A DNA stretch of 64,000 nucleotides from NCBI RefSeq assembly GCF_009914755.1, contig NC_060943.1; one strand, given 5' to 3'. The position numbers and the translations under genes are program-made. This stretch comes from the human T2T-CHM13v2.0 reference genome, Homo sapiens. The notes beneath the pieces are model-generated. The model was not told the DNA's origin. It worked only from the letters and a program-made list of their open reading frames with translations, and ran no database searches. This document shows positions 19,761 to 35,570 of the stretch, one piece after another (positions within the stretch are counted from its first letter, which is position 1; each line of letters begins with the position of its first letter).

Positions 19761-20119
19761 GAGCAATAAACTGATAACGGAAACAGATGGCATACTTCGT
19801 TTTCAGTTATCAAATTTCAAAAACTAAAAATGTAGATGGTACACAATATTGTTGAGAATGTGGGGAAATGAGAGCTTTCACACGTAGTGGGTGGAAATGA
19901 CTACAGCTCTTTTACAGTTTTGTGTAGTAGCATTCACGAAGTGTGAAAGCAAACCCCTAAGCAACCAGCATTTTTACATACAAGAATCTAGCCTACAAAA
20001 ATGCTGGCATGAAAGACAAAGATGTGGGTACAGTAATGCTTACCAAAGCCGTGTTTGTAATACTGAAGAATTCACATTGTAATACTGAAGAACCTCAATG
20101 TTCGTTTTTTGAGACACTG

Positions 20120-20320
20120 TTAGTCTGTGCTAGCCAATATGATAGCTATTTGTGGCTATTTAAAATTAAATCTATTAAAATTAAATAAAATTCGAAATTC
20201 AGTTTCTTACACTAGCCATGTTTCAAAGGCTCATTAGCCAAGACAGCTAGTGGCTACTGTATTGGACAAGAGGGATATAAACATTTCTAACATCACAGAA
20301 AGCTACATTGAACAGTGCTG
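20120..20320. mobile_element. MER3-like hAT-Charlie MITE
   Basis: gtggctatttaaaattaaa..cactagccatgtttcaa..gctagtggctactgtattggaca..acagtgctg. Confidence 0.75.
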
Positions 20321-20790
20321 GGTTAGGTAATAATTCAACGTTAAAAGGAATGAATTAAATCTATAACTGACATGAAATGAAGTAGAAGAATGTGTTGAAG
20401 TGGAAAGGGCAAATGGCAGAATTATATGGATAGCATGATCCCATTTCTGTATAAAATAGCTGTGTCTTTATACATACATTCAGTGTACAGAAAAATCTGG
20501 AAGAATACCTGAAAATATTAACTTTGGTCATTTCTGTAGATAGGGAATGAGTAGGGGGACACTTTCATTTCTGACATTATTTATCATCAGTTATTTGAAT
20601 ATTTAAAAACTGCAACAATTAACTGAATGTTGCTAAATCCAAATAAATATTTTTATTACTTATTTTGAAAGATTTTTGGCTGCCTTCTACTATCTCAGCG
20701 ACGTACTCTTTCTTGAAATACTGAACTACTTTAGCTTAATAGACCTCCCTCATTTCTGTTTTATCTCCTCACTGAAAAGCATTAGAACAT

Positions 20791-20830
20791 CTCTACAGCT
20801 ATACCACTCTGAATGCTCCCGATCTGGTCC
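20791..20830 (+). pseudogene. 3'-truncated (tailless) 5S rRNA retropseudogene, nt 1-40
   Basis: ctctacagctataccactctgaatgctcccgatctggtcc matches 32/40 to the 5S 5' end GTCTACGGCCATACCACCCTGAACGCGCCCGATCTCGTCT. Flanked by the perfect 17-bp TSD GAAAAGCATTAGAACAT (20774-20790, 20831-20847). Confidence 0.9.
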
Positions 20831-21181
20831 GAAAAGCATTAGAACATGGAATTACTTGAGTGATTAAAAGTAAAACAATAAGAAATTGATTGTGGCATCA
20901 GAAAAAGTGAAATCAGTTGGATCAATTTAAAATCCCAACATAAGTTTTTTTTAAAACGTTTTTCTTTTTACTTTGTAATTACAAAAGCAATGCATGTTTA
21001 TTACATGAAATATGAATATAGAACAAGTGCAATAACAGAAAAGATCCCTGTAGCCCATGGAGTGGCTGAAAATGATGATTGCTAGTGGGTATTGGTGTCT
21101 TTTTGGGCAATGAAAATGTTCTAAAATTGATTGTGATGATGGTTGCATAGCTCTTTGAATACACTAGAAACTACTGAATTC

Positions 21182-21733
<552 letters not shown>

Positions 21734-22191
21734 GTGTTAACTAGTTAACCACCTGGAAAAATAAAGTAACTTCCATCCCTCACACATTAAAACAAATAAT
21801 GTTCACGACATGTATAACTTAAAAATAGACTACCAGAGTGCTTATCAAATTACAAATTGATGTTATTATAATTTTGGTCTGTAGGCTTGACAGCCAAAAC
21901 ACAAATTATGAAGTAAATAGTTAATAAATTATAGAAAATATAAAGTATGTTTCAGTAAACTTCCCTGCCTCCCTCAAATTTAAGTAGCAAATAAACTAAG
22001 GGAAAATATTTCAGATACAACAAACAGATAATAAATTTAAAACAAATCAACATATAGATGAATACAAAAATGTGTAGAAATAGGTAAAGAATATAGACTC
22101 TTAGAAGGAAAAATTGAAAATGACCAATAAATACTTGAATGCATATGTAAGCTTATGAGAAATAAAAGACATGGAAATATTATGAAAATAA

Positions 22192-22520
22192 AGGCCGGGC
22201 GCAGTGGCTCACGCCTGTAATCCCAGCACTTTGGGAGGCTGAGGTGGGCGGATCACCTGAGGTTGGGAGTTCAAGACCAGCCTGACCCACATGGAGAAGC
22301 CCCATATCTACTAAAAATACAAAATTAGCTGGGCTTGGTGGCGCATGTCTGTAGTCCCAGCTACTTGGGAAGGCTGAGGGAGGAGAATCGCTTGAACCTG
22401 GGAGGTGGAGGTTGCGGTGAGCCAAGATCGTGCCATTGCTCCAGCCTGGGCAACTAGAGCAAAACTCTGTCTCAAAAAAAAAAAAAAAAAAGAAAGAAAG
22501 AAAAGAAAAAAGAAAAAGAA
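22192..22520 (+). mobile_element. AluSp-like
   Basis: Full Alu with long A-tail. Confidence 0.95.
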
Positions 22521-22704
22521 AATAAAATGTTATCATTGGTTTAAGGACTGGGAAATGGTCAAAACAATTGTAAATTTTAAGAAGATATTCATTCACAATA
22601 CTTTTGGTGGGAGGAATCCACTTACAACCTTTCTGAGAGTAACTTTACATAAATATTTAAGAGAAGCATCTCTTTTAATTCAGGAATCCATTTCTAGAAA
22701 TGTA

Positions 22705-24830
22705 GTCCAATTCGGCAAAGTTTCCGACGTACACAAATTAGTAGCTCTTCTATGCACCAACAGCGACCAAGCTGAGAATCAAATCCAGAACTCAACAACT
22801 TTTACAACATCTGCAAAAATAAAATAAGATAAAATACTTAGGAATATACCTAACCAAGGAGGTGAAAGACCTCTACGAGGAAACTTCAAAACACTGCTAA
22901 AAGAAATCATAGATGACACAAACAAATGGAAACACATCCCATGCTCATGGATGGGTAGAATCAAGATTGTAAAAATGATCATACTGCCAAAAGCAACCTA
23001 CAAATTCAAAGCAATTCCCATCAAAATACTGCCATCATTCTTCACATAACTAGAAAAAACAACCCTAAAATTCATATGGAACCAAAAAAGAGCCCGCATA
23101 GCCAAAGCAAGACAAAGCAATGGAGGCATCCCATTACCTGATTTCAAACTATAAGGTCATAGTCACCAAAACAGCATAGTACTGGTATAAAAATAGGCAC
23201 ATCGACCAATGGAACAGAATAGAGAACCCGTAAATAAACCCAAATACAGTCAACTGATCTTCAACAAAGCAAACAAAAACATAAAGTGGAGAAAGGACGC
23301 CCTATTCAACAAATGGCACTGGGATAATTGGCTAGCCACATGTAGGAGAATGAAACTGGATCTTCATCTCTCACCTTATACAAAAATCAACTGAAGATGG
23401 TTAAGGACTTAAATCTAAGACCTGAAACTGTAAAAATTCTAGAAGATAACATTGGAAAAAGCCTTCTAGACATTGGCTTAGGCAAGGATTTTGTGACCAA
23501 GAACCCAAAAGCAAACGCAATAAAAACAAAGGGCCTGGGACTTAATTAAACTAAAGAGCTTCTGCGTGGCTAAAGGAACAGTCAGCAAAGTAAACAGACA
23601 ACCCACAGAGCGGGAGAAAAATTTCACAATCTGTACATCTGACAAAGGACTAATATCCAGAATCTACAAAGAACTCAAATTAGCAAGAAAAACAAACAAT
23701 CCCATCAAAAAGTGCGCTAAGGACATGAATACACAATTCTCAAAAGAAAATATACAAATGGCCAACAAACATAAGAAAAAATGCTCAACATCACTAATGA
23801 TCAGGGAAATGCAAATCAAAACCACAGTACAATACCATCTTACTCCTGAAAGAATGTCTATAATGGAAAAAAAAATAGATGTTGCCGTGGATGCGGTGAA
23901 CAGGGAACACTTCTACACTGCTGGTGGGAATGTAAACTAGTAAAACCGCTATGGAAAACAGTGTGGAGATTCCTTAAAGAACTAAAAGTAGAACTACCAT
24001 TTGATCCAGCAATCCCACTACTGGGTATCTAGAGGAAAATAAGTCATTATACAAAAAAGATACTGGTACACACATATTTACAGCAGCAGAATTCACAATT
24101 GCAAAAATGCTTAACAACCCAAATGTCCATGAATCAATGAGTGGATAAAGAAACTGTGGTAGATATATACAGTTGAATACTACTCAGCCATAAAAAGGAA
24201 TGAATTAATGCATTTGCCTGGATTTATTTATTTTTCCTTTTTTTTTTAAGATGGAGTTTCCCTCTTGTTGCCCAGGCTGTAGTGCAATGGCGCTATCTTG
24301 GCTTACTGCAACCTCCACCTCCCAGGTTCAGGCAATTCTCCTGCCTCAGCCTCCTGAATGGCTAGGATTATAGACACCCACCAGCGTGCCCGGCTAATTT
24401 TCGTATTTTTAGTAGAGACAGGGTTTCATCATGTTGGCCAGGCTGGTCTTGAATTCTTGACTTCAGGTGATCCAGCTGCCTCAGCCTCCCAAAGTGCTGG
24501 GATTACAGGTGTGAACCACCATGCCCGGCCTGGAGACTATTATTCTAAGTGAAGCAACTCAGGAATGGAAAATCAAACATCGTATATTCTCACTCATAAG
24601 TGGGAGCTAAGGTGTGAGGATGCAAAGGCCTAAGAATGACACAGTGGACTTTGGGGACTTGGGGGAAAGGGTGGAAAGGGGGTGAGGGATAAAAGACTAA
24701 AAATTGGGTGCCATGTACACTGTTCAGGTGATGGGTGCACCAAAATCTCACAAATCACCACTGAAGAAGTTACTCATGTAACCAAACACCACCTGTTTCC
24801 CAAAAACCTATGGAAATAAAAAATTTAAAA
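22705..24830 (+). mobile_element. L1PB1-like 5'-truncated LINE-1 (ORF2 3' part and 3'UTR), Alu-interrupted
   Basis: Broken ORF2 peptides (23209-23940) and 3'UTR gatgcaaaggcctaagaatgacacagtggactttggggac..aacctatggaaataaaaa. Confidence 0.88.
24225..24530 (-). mobile_element. AluS within L1PB1
   Basis: Full antisense Alu. Confidence 0.95.
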
Positions 24831-25377
24831 AAAATCAAAGACCCCCAAAATATTCAGAGTAGTACTTGTGGGAGTCATTGAGCAAGTAACATGGGAAGAG
24901 AGGAGGCTGCTTCCACCAGTGGTTTTGGAGGTGGAGCAGATGCTGATGATAATGAAGTCCCAGATGGGAAATGGGGATGGGTGCCAAGGAAAGCTCAAGG
25001 ACCCTGCAGATGAGGACTCAGACCCACGATACTGGATGAGGCATCCATGTCACCATGGGAGTCAACCAGGGTAGTGGCCTCAGCTGAGGCAGGGAAAAAG
25101 CTGGGATCCAAGAGCTCTAGTCTTCTCTTGATAAGCAAGAGAGACCAGGAGGTGAGAGATGGCAGAGGATGAGAGAGGTGATATCAGTGACCAGAAAGAG
25201 CCCCTAAAAAGTAACTTCCTTTTCTTTCTGTTAGTTTTAATATAAAATTTCGCTTTAATATTTTTAGACAATTCTTTTTTAAAAAAGTATTTATATCCAA
25301 AGGTTCTTACCACACCAACCACAGCCCCAATCTTTTTGCCCTAACCTCAGAATCAGTTAGTTGTCTCCTTTAAAACC

Positions 25378-25379
25378 TT

Positions 25380-25413
<34 letters not shown>

Positions 25414-25440
25414 GCAAACACACAGGAGAGAGAGAGAGGG
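25378..25440 (+). repeat. Compound (CT)n(CA)n..(GA)n microsatellite upstream of the ZNF283 promoter
   Basis: Seen directly. Confidence 0.9.
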
Positions 25441-25849
25441 AATATATAGTATTGTTTTTGGAGTATGAGTGTGTGCTTCAGAATAAATGGTTTCATACTC
25501 TATAAAAAATGAGATTCAAGTTTTATAATCCATCAAGTTTTATTGGAACACAGCCATGCTGGATTGCTTGTGCATTGTTTATGGCCGCCTTTGCACTGCC
25601 ATAAGTCTCCACGGTCACAATATCCACTCACTACCACTTATTGTTGTCTTTCAACAGCGGCATATAAAATCTGTAACACAGTTCATCTCACACCTAATAA
25701 AACAGACTCACACAGGCATAAATTTAGAAAACATCCCATGAACATAAACAGGTCCACGCAGGGTCCCAGACACCGAATCGAACTAAGAAACTCCCTCACA
25801 GCAAGACACACCCATCTGTTCAATTGCCAGACACTGTTCCAGGCGCTCA

Positions 25850-26700
25850 TACCCAGGTAAACTGGTAGTGTCGCGCAGGTCATTTCCAGCGAACTTACCC
25901 CGGATTCCCTTGCTCGCTCACGTCTAAGTCCCCAGACACCCCAGTCCCATCTTCGCCTGTTCTAGACTCCAGAATGCGTTCCTTAGCGAAAGCTGAGAAC
26001 CTTTTAATTCGCTCTCAGTCAACACCAAAGACCCTCAAGCAAAAGCAAGAGCTCCCGGGCGTCTTCGAAAAAAGCGCCTTTGACAGGTGAAGCCAAGTTG
26101 CATGCTGGGAGCATCCCTGCTGTCCAGGTTTCAACTTCCGGAGACTCTGCCGCTGTGGACTACATTTCCCAGAAGTCTCCGGGGCACAGGTCTTTTAGGG
26201 GCGGGGCGAGCTTGCCTGCCAGAAGCTCCTCTCCCAGCCTGCGAGCATTTCCAGGCTCTTGTTTCCCATCAGCCTCTGGGTCCAAACTAACCACAGGTCT
26301 CTGGGTCCTTTTCCGGTGTCCTTAAGGTTCTTGGACTCTGCCTGGTGAGTTGGTCGTGTCCGTAGAAGTAATCAGCCCGGGTGAAGCTGGGAGGGCTCGG
26401 CTGGCTTTACTGGGGCCCGACTGGAACCGGCAGTGAGGGTGGGGGTGGCATCGGGGGCGCTGGAGGTGGGGAGGGCTGGGTCACGGACAGAGCGTGTCGT
26501 GTCCGGATCCTCAAGCCTGTGTGCACGCGAGCAGCCGAGGGACAGCGTGTCTCAGACGGCGTGGCAGGGACGGGGCGTGTCCCCACGGAGGTGGGTGCAG
26601 TTGTGAATGTGTGACGGGCTGACAGGGTGCGTGGCCGTATTTGTAAATGTGATTTGCTTTGACCAAATGCTCTAGGTTCCCTTTAGCCTGTCTTCGGGCC
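25850..26700. promoter_or_regulatory. ZNF283: ZNF283 CpG-island promoter (likely bidirectional)
   Basis: CpG-rich. ETS/GABP CAACTTCCGG 26132-26141, SBS GACTACATTTCCCAGAAG 26158-26175, GC box GGGGCGGGGC 26198-26207, plus donor CTG|GTGAGT at 26344/26345, minus donor CGGG|GTAAGT with intron starting at 25898. Confidence 0.88.
26230..26344 (+). other. ZNF283: ZNF283 exon 1 (5'UTR; start approximate)
   Basis: Strong donor CTG|GTGAGT downstream of the promoter motifs. Confidence 0.75.
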
Positions 26701-27100
26701 TGCCACAATTAAATGACGGCAAGAAAGAAGTCTATGCTAAGCCCCATAATGAACGTTTCAAGCAAGAAGGATGAGAATTTTAGATCTGGAAGTGTCCGCG
26801 GGACAGGATCTTGTCAAGACCTGATGGGGAAGTTCTAGAGGTGGGATTCCTAGAAGAGGGGCCTCTAGGAGCTCTTTGGTGGTGAGCTACATGTTTCAGA
26901 GCCATTGCAAGCAGACCTCTGTCCCCAAGAATTGCCCTCAACACAGAGACAGACTCTAGCCTCCCTTTTCATTCCGTTTGGTTTTGTGTGGATGAAGGCA
27001 GAAGTGGCCCCAGAGGGTGTTTTGCTCTTCTTTTTCTTTTTTAATTAAGTCTGTGACGCGCTAGAAATGCTGATGTCTCATGTTACTGTTTTTCCCCCAG

Positions 27101-27180
27101 TGCTGCCAGGTTGCCAGATTTCTAAGAAGGAGTTTGAAGAGGAGAAAAGGATTTTTGCATGTTTAGAAATCAAGGTTCAG
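27101..27180 (+). other. ZNF283: ZNF283 exon 2 (5'UTR, 80 nt)
   Basis: Acceptor tttttcccccag|TG and donor CAG|GTGAGG. Confidence 0.75.
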
Positions 27181-28096
27181 GTGAGGTTTTTTATACATAC
27201 TTTTTAAATACATACACATACAATTACCTTTGCTTCTAGGTCATGAGAACATTTTCTTTCCTTGGCCTGAAATATCTTGACTGGGTTTTCCCAGTTACAT
27301 GACCCGCCATGCTGGTACATATTTCCTCCCAGTGGCCCCCTATTGTTCTTCTCCACAATTCTTACCCACCTGTTCATATGGCAAATTGTTCAAATACTTC
27401 AGTGCATTATGATGCACTGAAGAGTTATAGAAAGGCACCTCTTGTAGATTGCTATTAGAGCATTATTTTATACTATGATTATTTGAAGAGATTAGTAATT
27501 AGGTGGTGTTATATAAACATTATTTTTTATCTTTTCTGTAGTCATAATTAAAATTTTTTTTTAACTTTTTTTAGAGACAAGGTCTCACTCTGTTGCCCAG
27601 GCTGAGTGCAGTAGTATAGTCATAGCTCAGTGCAACCTTGAAGTCCTGGGCTCAGGTGTTCCTCTGGCCTTGGCGTCCCAAAGTGCTGGGACTGCAGGTG
27701 TGAGCCACCATGCCTGGCCCATAGTCATGATGCTTAAAGAAAGGCAAGGTATAAGGGATTTTAAGTAAGGGAATGTTTCTGGCAGTAAATGACAATGTTG
27801 TCTGCTTTGTGAGGCTTTTAGGGGTGGAAATATGATTGAGCTTTGAACATAGGGATTTGTAATTTGCACCAACAAGAGTGGGGACTTTCAGATAATCTTT
27901 AGATAGAAATCTGTAACATTTCCAAGCATGACTTGTTTCAAGTCCAGCTTTCTGTGGCATGTAAGAAGCCGTACTATGTTGTAGTTAAAAATAAGGCCCT
28001 GGGGTCGGGCACAGTGGCTCACGCCTGTAATCCCAGCACTTTGGGAGGCTGAGGGAGGTGGATCATGAAGTCAGGAGATCGAGAACATCCTGGCTA

Positions 28097-28540
<444 letters not shown>

Positions 28541-28659
28541 GGCTCTTCTAGATTATTTCCCATAAACTTTTTATAGATTAGAGTAACAGAAGTATGAAGT
28601 TGATTGTGACGGGTGCTTGCAAATTAACTAAAAAAGTGGGGGCTGGGCACGGTGGCTCA

Positions 28660-29133
<474 letters not shown>

Positions 29134-30215
29134 TGACCAGTTTTTGTTGTATTTTTTATAGAGAGGGGGTTTTGCTATGTTGCCCAGCCTGGTCTCTAAC
29201 TCCTGGACTCAAGTGATCTGCCTGCCTCGGGCTCCTCAAGTGCTAGGATTACAGGCGTGAGCCACTGTGCCCAGCCTTACGACAGGAAGTCTTAACCTGA
29301 GGTCTTCTTGTTCCATTGACGAGCTTCCAGGTGACCAAAATCCCTTGAAATTGAGACTAAATTTTTGTAAATATGTGTAAATGTGTTTTTTTAAGTGGGC
29401 AAAGTGTCTATAATTTCATGAGATTATCAAAAGTGACCATGACCCAAAAAGATCTAGCTCCATTGTTCTGGAAAAAAGACTGTAATTGCCGGGAAAGAGC
29501 TTGAAAAATATTAGTGTCCAGCTGGGCTCGGTGGCTTATGCCTGTAATCCCAACGCTTTGGGAGGCCGAGGCGGGTGGATCACTTGAGGTCAGGAGTTCG
29601 AGACCAACCTGACCAATATGGTGAAATCCCATCTGTACTAAAATTACAAAAATTAGCCGGGCGTGGTGGCGTGCACCTGTAGACCCAGCTATTCAATAGG
29701 CTGAGGCAGGAGAATTGGTTGAACCTGGGAGACAGAGGTTGCAGTGAGCCAAGATTGCACCACTGCACTCCAGCCTGAGTGACAGAGCAAGACTCCATCT
29801 AAAAAAAAAAAAAAAAAAAAAAAAAATTAGTGTCCAATAGAATGGAAATAGTCAAGTAAATTGCAGTATGTCTAGTGATGGAATGATATGCACCTAATAA
29901 AAATTAAGTTTATAAAGAGTCAAAGGAAGGAAAAATATAAATGATATAATTTTAAGCAATCATTATAGTTATGAACAAAAGTGCTCAAGAATATTGTGTT
30001 ATGTGTCAATCCCATCTGATAAGACACGGTTTTGGAAGACATATTTCAAGAATTACATTAAAATGTTACTTTAATTGGTCATTCACTGAAGAAGTGGAAA
30101 GGTGCAGCCGTACTTACAGAGTATCTACTCTATACCAAATACTGTTTTGTTTATGCACATTTATTTTCTTCCTCAGACTTTGAAGGTGGTTTATCTCATT
30201 TGTGTTGATTTACAG

Positions 30216-30279
30216 GAGAATCTTGACAGTGAATGTGTCTCATTACATTGAATAACAGCTACAGGATGTTCGAGAGCTG
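30216..30279 (+). other. ZNF283: ZNF283 exon 3 (64 nt; 5'UTR/uORF, or coding if the Alu exon is skipped)
   Basis: Acceptor gatttacag|GA and donor CTG|GTAGGT. Contains in-frame ATGs at 30233 and 30266. Confidence 0.7.
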
Positions 30280-30551
30280 GTAGGTGTAAATTGTTTCAGG
30301 CCCACTGATTTTCAGTGTTGGCCCCGTTTGTTCAGTTTTCTTAATGACTGGAATATATTCCTCCTGTCACTCAGTTTTTTACATTTGGAAATGTCTTTAT
30401 AGTTCCAATTATGGAATTAATGCAGGCTTGGTCCAAAAAAAAAACTCAGCGGTCCAGGAGACATATAGAGAAGGAAGCTAAAAATTGCATCCTCTAGAGT
30501 TAATCATTTTTAATGTTTTGGTGTTTTTTTTCTTTTTCTTTTTTGAGATAG

Positions 30552-30653
<102 letters not shown>

Positions 30654-30692
30654 TAGCTGGGACCACAGGTGTGTGCCACCATGCCCAGCTAA

Positions 30693-30860
<168 letters not shown>

Positions 30861-31611
30861 TGAGCCTATGGGTCTGTTTTTTTTTCTTTTTTTCTGCAGA
30901 ATAAAATTATAGTAATTGGTGATGTAAATGAATTGAAGACTCTTTAGTTCTTAGTTTGAAAAAAAAATCCAACCCAGTTCTAGGTTTTATGTTAATCTTG
31001 AATATTTAGGGAGAAGAGGGAAGTACTAGTGATTCCCTTATTTGAAAACCTTCAAATATTTACAACTTCTGGGATTATAGAAATGTCATTTAAAAATGAA
31101 TTACCAGGCAAAAAAGAGTTTTAGAATTAGATTATTTTAAAGGTTACCTCTACAGACAATGGCAATAATCTCCAATATACAGCCATCTTACAAAAAATAC
31201 ATTTTACAGATAATATTTCCAAGGACAGGTGTAAATACCAGGAGGTAGAATAAGAAGGTTCTTGTTGTAAATGTTTAAGTAAACCACCAATTTGTACAGA
31301 AGACTGAGCCTTTGGTTAAGTTCTCAGCTTTATACCTAATCAGGTTGTATTTTCTGATGCAGCTTAATGATGCTGAATCTCTATGTAACTTCTGGGAGGA
31401 AGGGGTATTTTCCTCTATATGTTTCTGAGAACCTGTTTTGCTCACATTGTTATTTAGGAAGAATAGCAGACTCAAGGTTGACCTGTGAAATTTGAGTTCA
31501 CGTTATAAGAAAGCAGGTCTGAGAAAGACACATTTTACTGTGAGCAAAATAGAGTAGCCTTAAGTTTCTTTGGCATAACAGGATAAGGGACAGTAACATT
31601 CTTCATTTTCA

Positions 31612-31953
<342 letters not shown>

Positions 31954-32271
31954 TTATAAACAATTATCATATACCATTCAGTATTTTGTATGGATTTCTT
32001 ACTTACTCTTCTATGGTAGACACTGTTCTCACCCGTCTTACTGATGAGGAAACAGAGGTATTGAGAAATGGATAACTATCAAGCTCAAATTCACATCCTA
32101 AAGCTCTCACACCAGAACTTTTATCTTAATTTCAATAGAATATGCCTCCCACATTATGTTAGTTACAAACCGGCCTGCCTAAGGAATTGATCATGCATGT
32201 CTTTCTTCATCAATTAATATGAACCAACACCATCATAACTAATGAGGATATGGTGGGCCATAATTTATTAA

Positions 32272-32679
<408 letters not shown>

Positions 32680-33464
32680 CTTCTTTACCTATTTCTTAAG
32701 GATACATTTCTAGAAGTGAAGTTTTGGGTAAAGAATTTGCCCCAAATGCCTGACCCTGTGATACTTGTACTTAGCGGGTAATACAGTGTTTGGAAGACAT
32801 AGTTGTTACCTTGGAGACCAAATATGCCTTGGGGTAAGCATAAGGCAGCCAGCAGTCAGCAACAAAGGCCAGTAGGCAATCCAGGGGACCTGCTTTAGGA
32901 ACTCATAGGAAGGCAGTTATAAGCAATACCGTTGAACCATGATCAAGCATTTGGAGGCAAATGGAATTTATTCTGTAAGGTTTATACTTTATAGTTTTTA
33001 TTCTACTAATGTTGGTTGCAAAGTGAGCCTAATAGGATCAGGTGATTCAGTTATCTGGATTCAGTTATCTGGAGAGTACCATGTCTAAGACAGGTTCAGA
33101 TACAAAATAAATCCATCAGTCAAGATAAGAAAAGTAGAATCAAAACCTCATTAATGGAAGGGGAACAAAAAAATAAATAAAACCTCCCCTCAAAAAATGA
33201 AAAAAAAGGATGAAATTCCTCAACTTAGGCCATGAATATATTAATATCATTTCATTAATATTATTCCATTAGTATTATTCCATTAATATATACATGGCAT
33301 AACTTGGGGAATTTCATCCTTTTTTTTTCTAGGCAAGACATAGGCATATGTAGAAATTATACAGTTCATGTAATGTATGGCCATGGTTACAATGATTGTG
33401 TGGATTACCTAAACAGAAAACATTATGATCATAATGAAAAGATAAATGTTATTAATATATATAG

Positions 33465-33698
<234 letters not shown>

Positions 33699-34403
33699 TA
33701 GCCAGGATGGTCTCGATCTCCTGACCTCATAATCCACCCACCTCAGCCTCCCAAAGTGCTGGGATCATAGGCCTGAGCCACCTCACCTGGCCTGTTTCTT
33801 TCTTGAGATGTATAACTTTCTAAACATTTTTTCATCTATTGATGTGATTGTCAGTCTTTCTGTATTGATATATATGTATTTTATAAATGTAATCATAAGT
33901 CTCATAACCTCCTTTTTCTATTGAGTATATCTTGATTATTTCCCTAAGTTAGCATGTACTCATTGCATGATGTTCTGCGTCATGAATATTCTGATATATG
34001 CATTAGAAAGTCAGCTTTTTGGGTTCCTGATGAATTCCTTATACAGCCTGTCCAGCTCCCATGTTTTGACCAACTTCCTTCAGTCCTGAGCCCATGAAGG
34101 ACGTTCTAGCTTGGACCATGACAGGTATTCCTGAGAGGTAGGAATGGAAGGAGGATGATCTGATTTCCTGGGCAGGACTGAATTGTCGAATCCCAGGTCC
34201 AGATTCACATCCTCAGAACCAGACACTGCCAGAAACCTCCCTGCTGAAGACCTTTGGGGTTTAGGTGAAAGTTTGAATTCCATAAATGGTGCGTGGGGTG
34301 TGTAGCAGAAGCAGGCATGGAGAAGATAAGATCTTCTATTAGTGTAAGTCAGGATGGGATCACTGAGGCACACCTGGTTTAACGCTTCGTTTTCCCTCCC
34401 CAG

Positions 34404-34491
34404 TTCTGGCTTTTCTGGATTCTGTGCTTCACCAATAGAGGAATCCCATGGAGCATTAATTAGTTCTTGCAATTCCAGAACCATGACTGAT
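34404..34491 (+). CDS. ZNF283: ZNF283 pre-KRAB exon (..SGFSGFCASPIEESHGALISSCNSRTMTD)
   Basis: Acceptor tttccctccccag|T, donor GAT|GTAAGT, open frame. Contains ACCATGA at 34480-34486, the usual KZNF start position. Confidence 0.92.
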
Positions 34492-35193
34492 GTAAGTTGG
34501 TATTTTTCTCTCCATGAAATACTGTGATTTTTAGGGCGTGTGAATCTTTTCATTAATTTTCCTTAGACCTATAGAACTTCTCCATAGACCCAAGTTTTCC
34601 ACAGAGATAAGGACTTTGGGGTTGCTTGGTCTCAACCTCAGTTTATGTGAAGCTGCATGTGTTGGGAGGCGCTTCAGATTAGAGAGAGGGGAGTTAAGTG
34701 GTTCTTTCCAGGAATTTCCTAAGAGATGAAGACCAGTGGTCTTTGGAGTCACCAAAGGACTCCACCACCAGTGGATTTTGAACCAGTTGACTTTGAAGTC
34801 ATTTTGTCGTCAACCAGGATGTGTAGGCCATGAGTGACATTTGTGTCATGTGCAATATCCTATATCAGTATCCTCATGTGTCTTGTATCAGTACTCTCTA
34901 ACTCAGGGACAAGTGAAGTACTAAGCGAGGGGTAGTTGATAGTAACAGATAAGATGATGCCTAAGGTCTAGATGATAATATATTTCCACGATCAAGAAAA
35001 TCTACAGAAATTTTGTTCAGCCTAAATGTACAGATATAATTGAGTGACTAAGCTCATATATTGGAGGATAAAATGAATTGCAACAAATAAAAATACTGTT
35101 TATTCATCATAAGAAAAAATGCTTATGATGTAATCTAACAGTGATGTATTTGAGTCTTGATAGTCCCTAATTTAATGGGAATCATTTTTATAA

Positions 35194-35570
<377 letters not shown>

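Noticed and set aside
33044-33290. Short tandem duplications (GATTCAGTTATCTG x2; AT-rich 14-mers; also 20056-20092)
   Set aside because: Ordinary slippage-scale duplications with no evident function.
34080-34553. 157-aa antisense ORF overlapping the pre-KRAB exon
   Set aside because: No recognisable domain, promoter or splice support.
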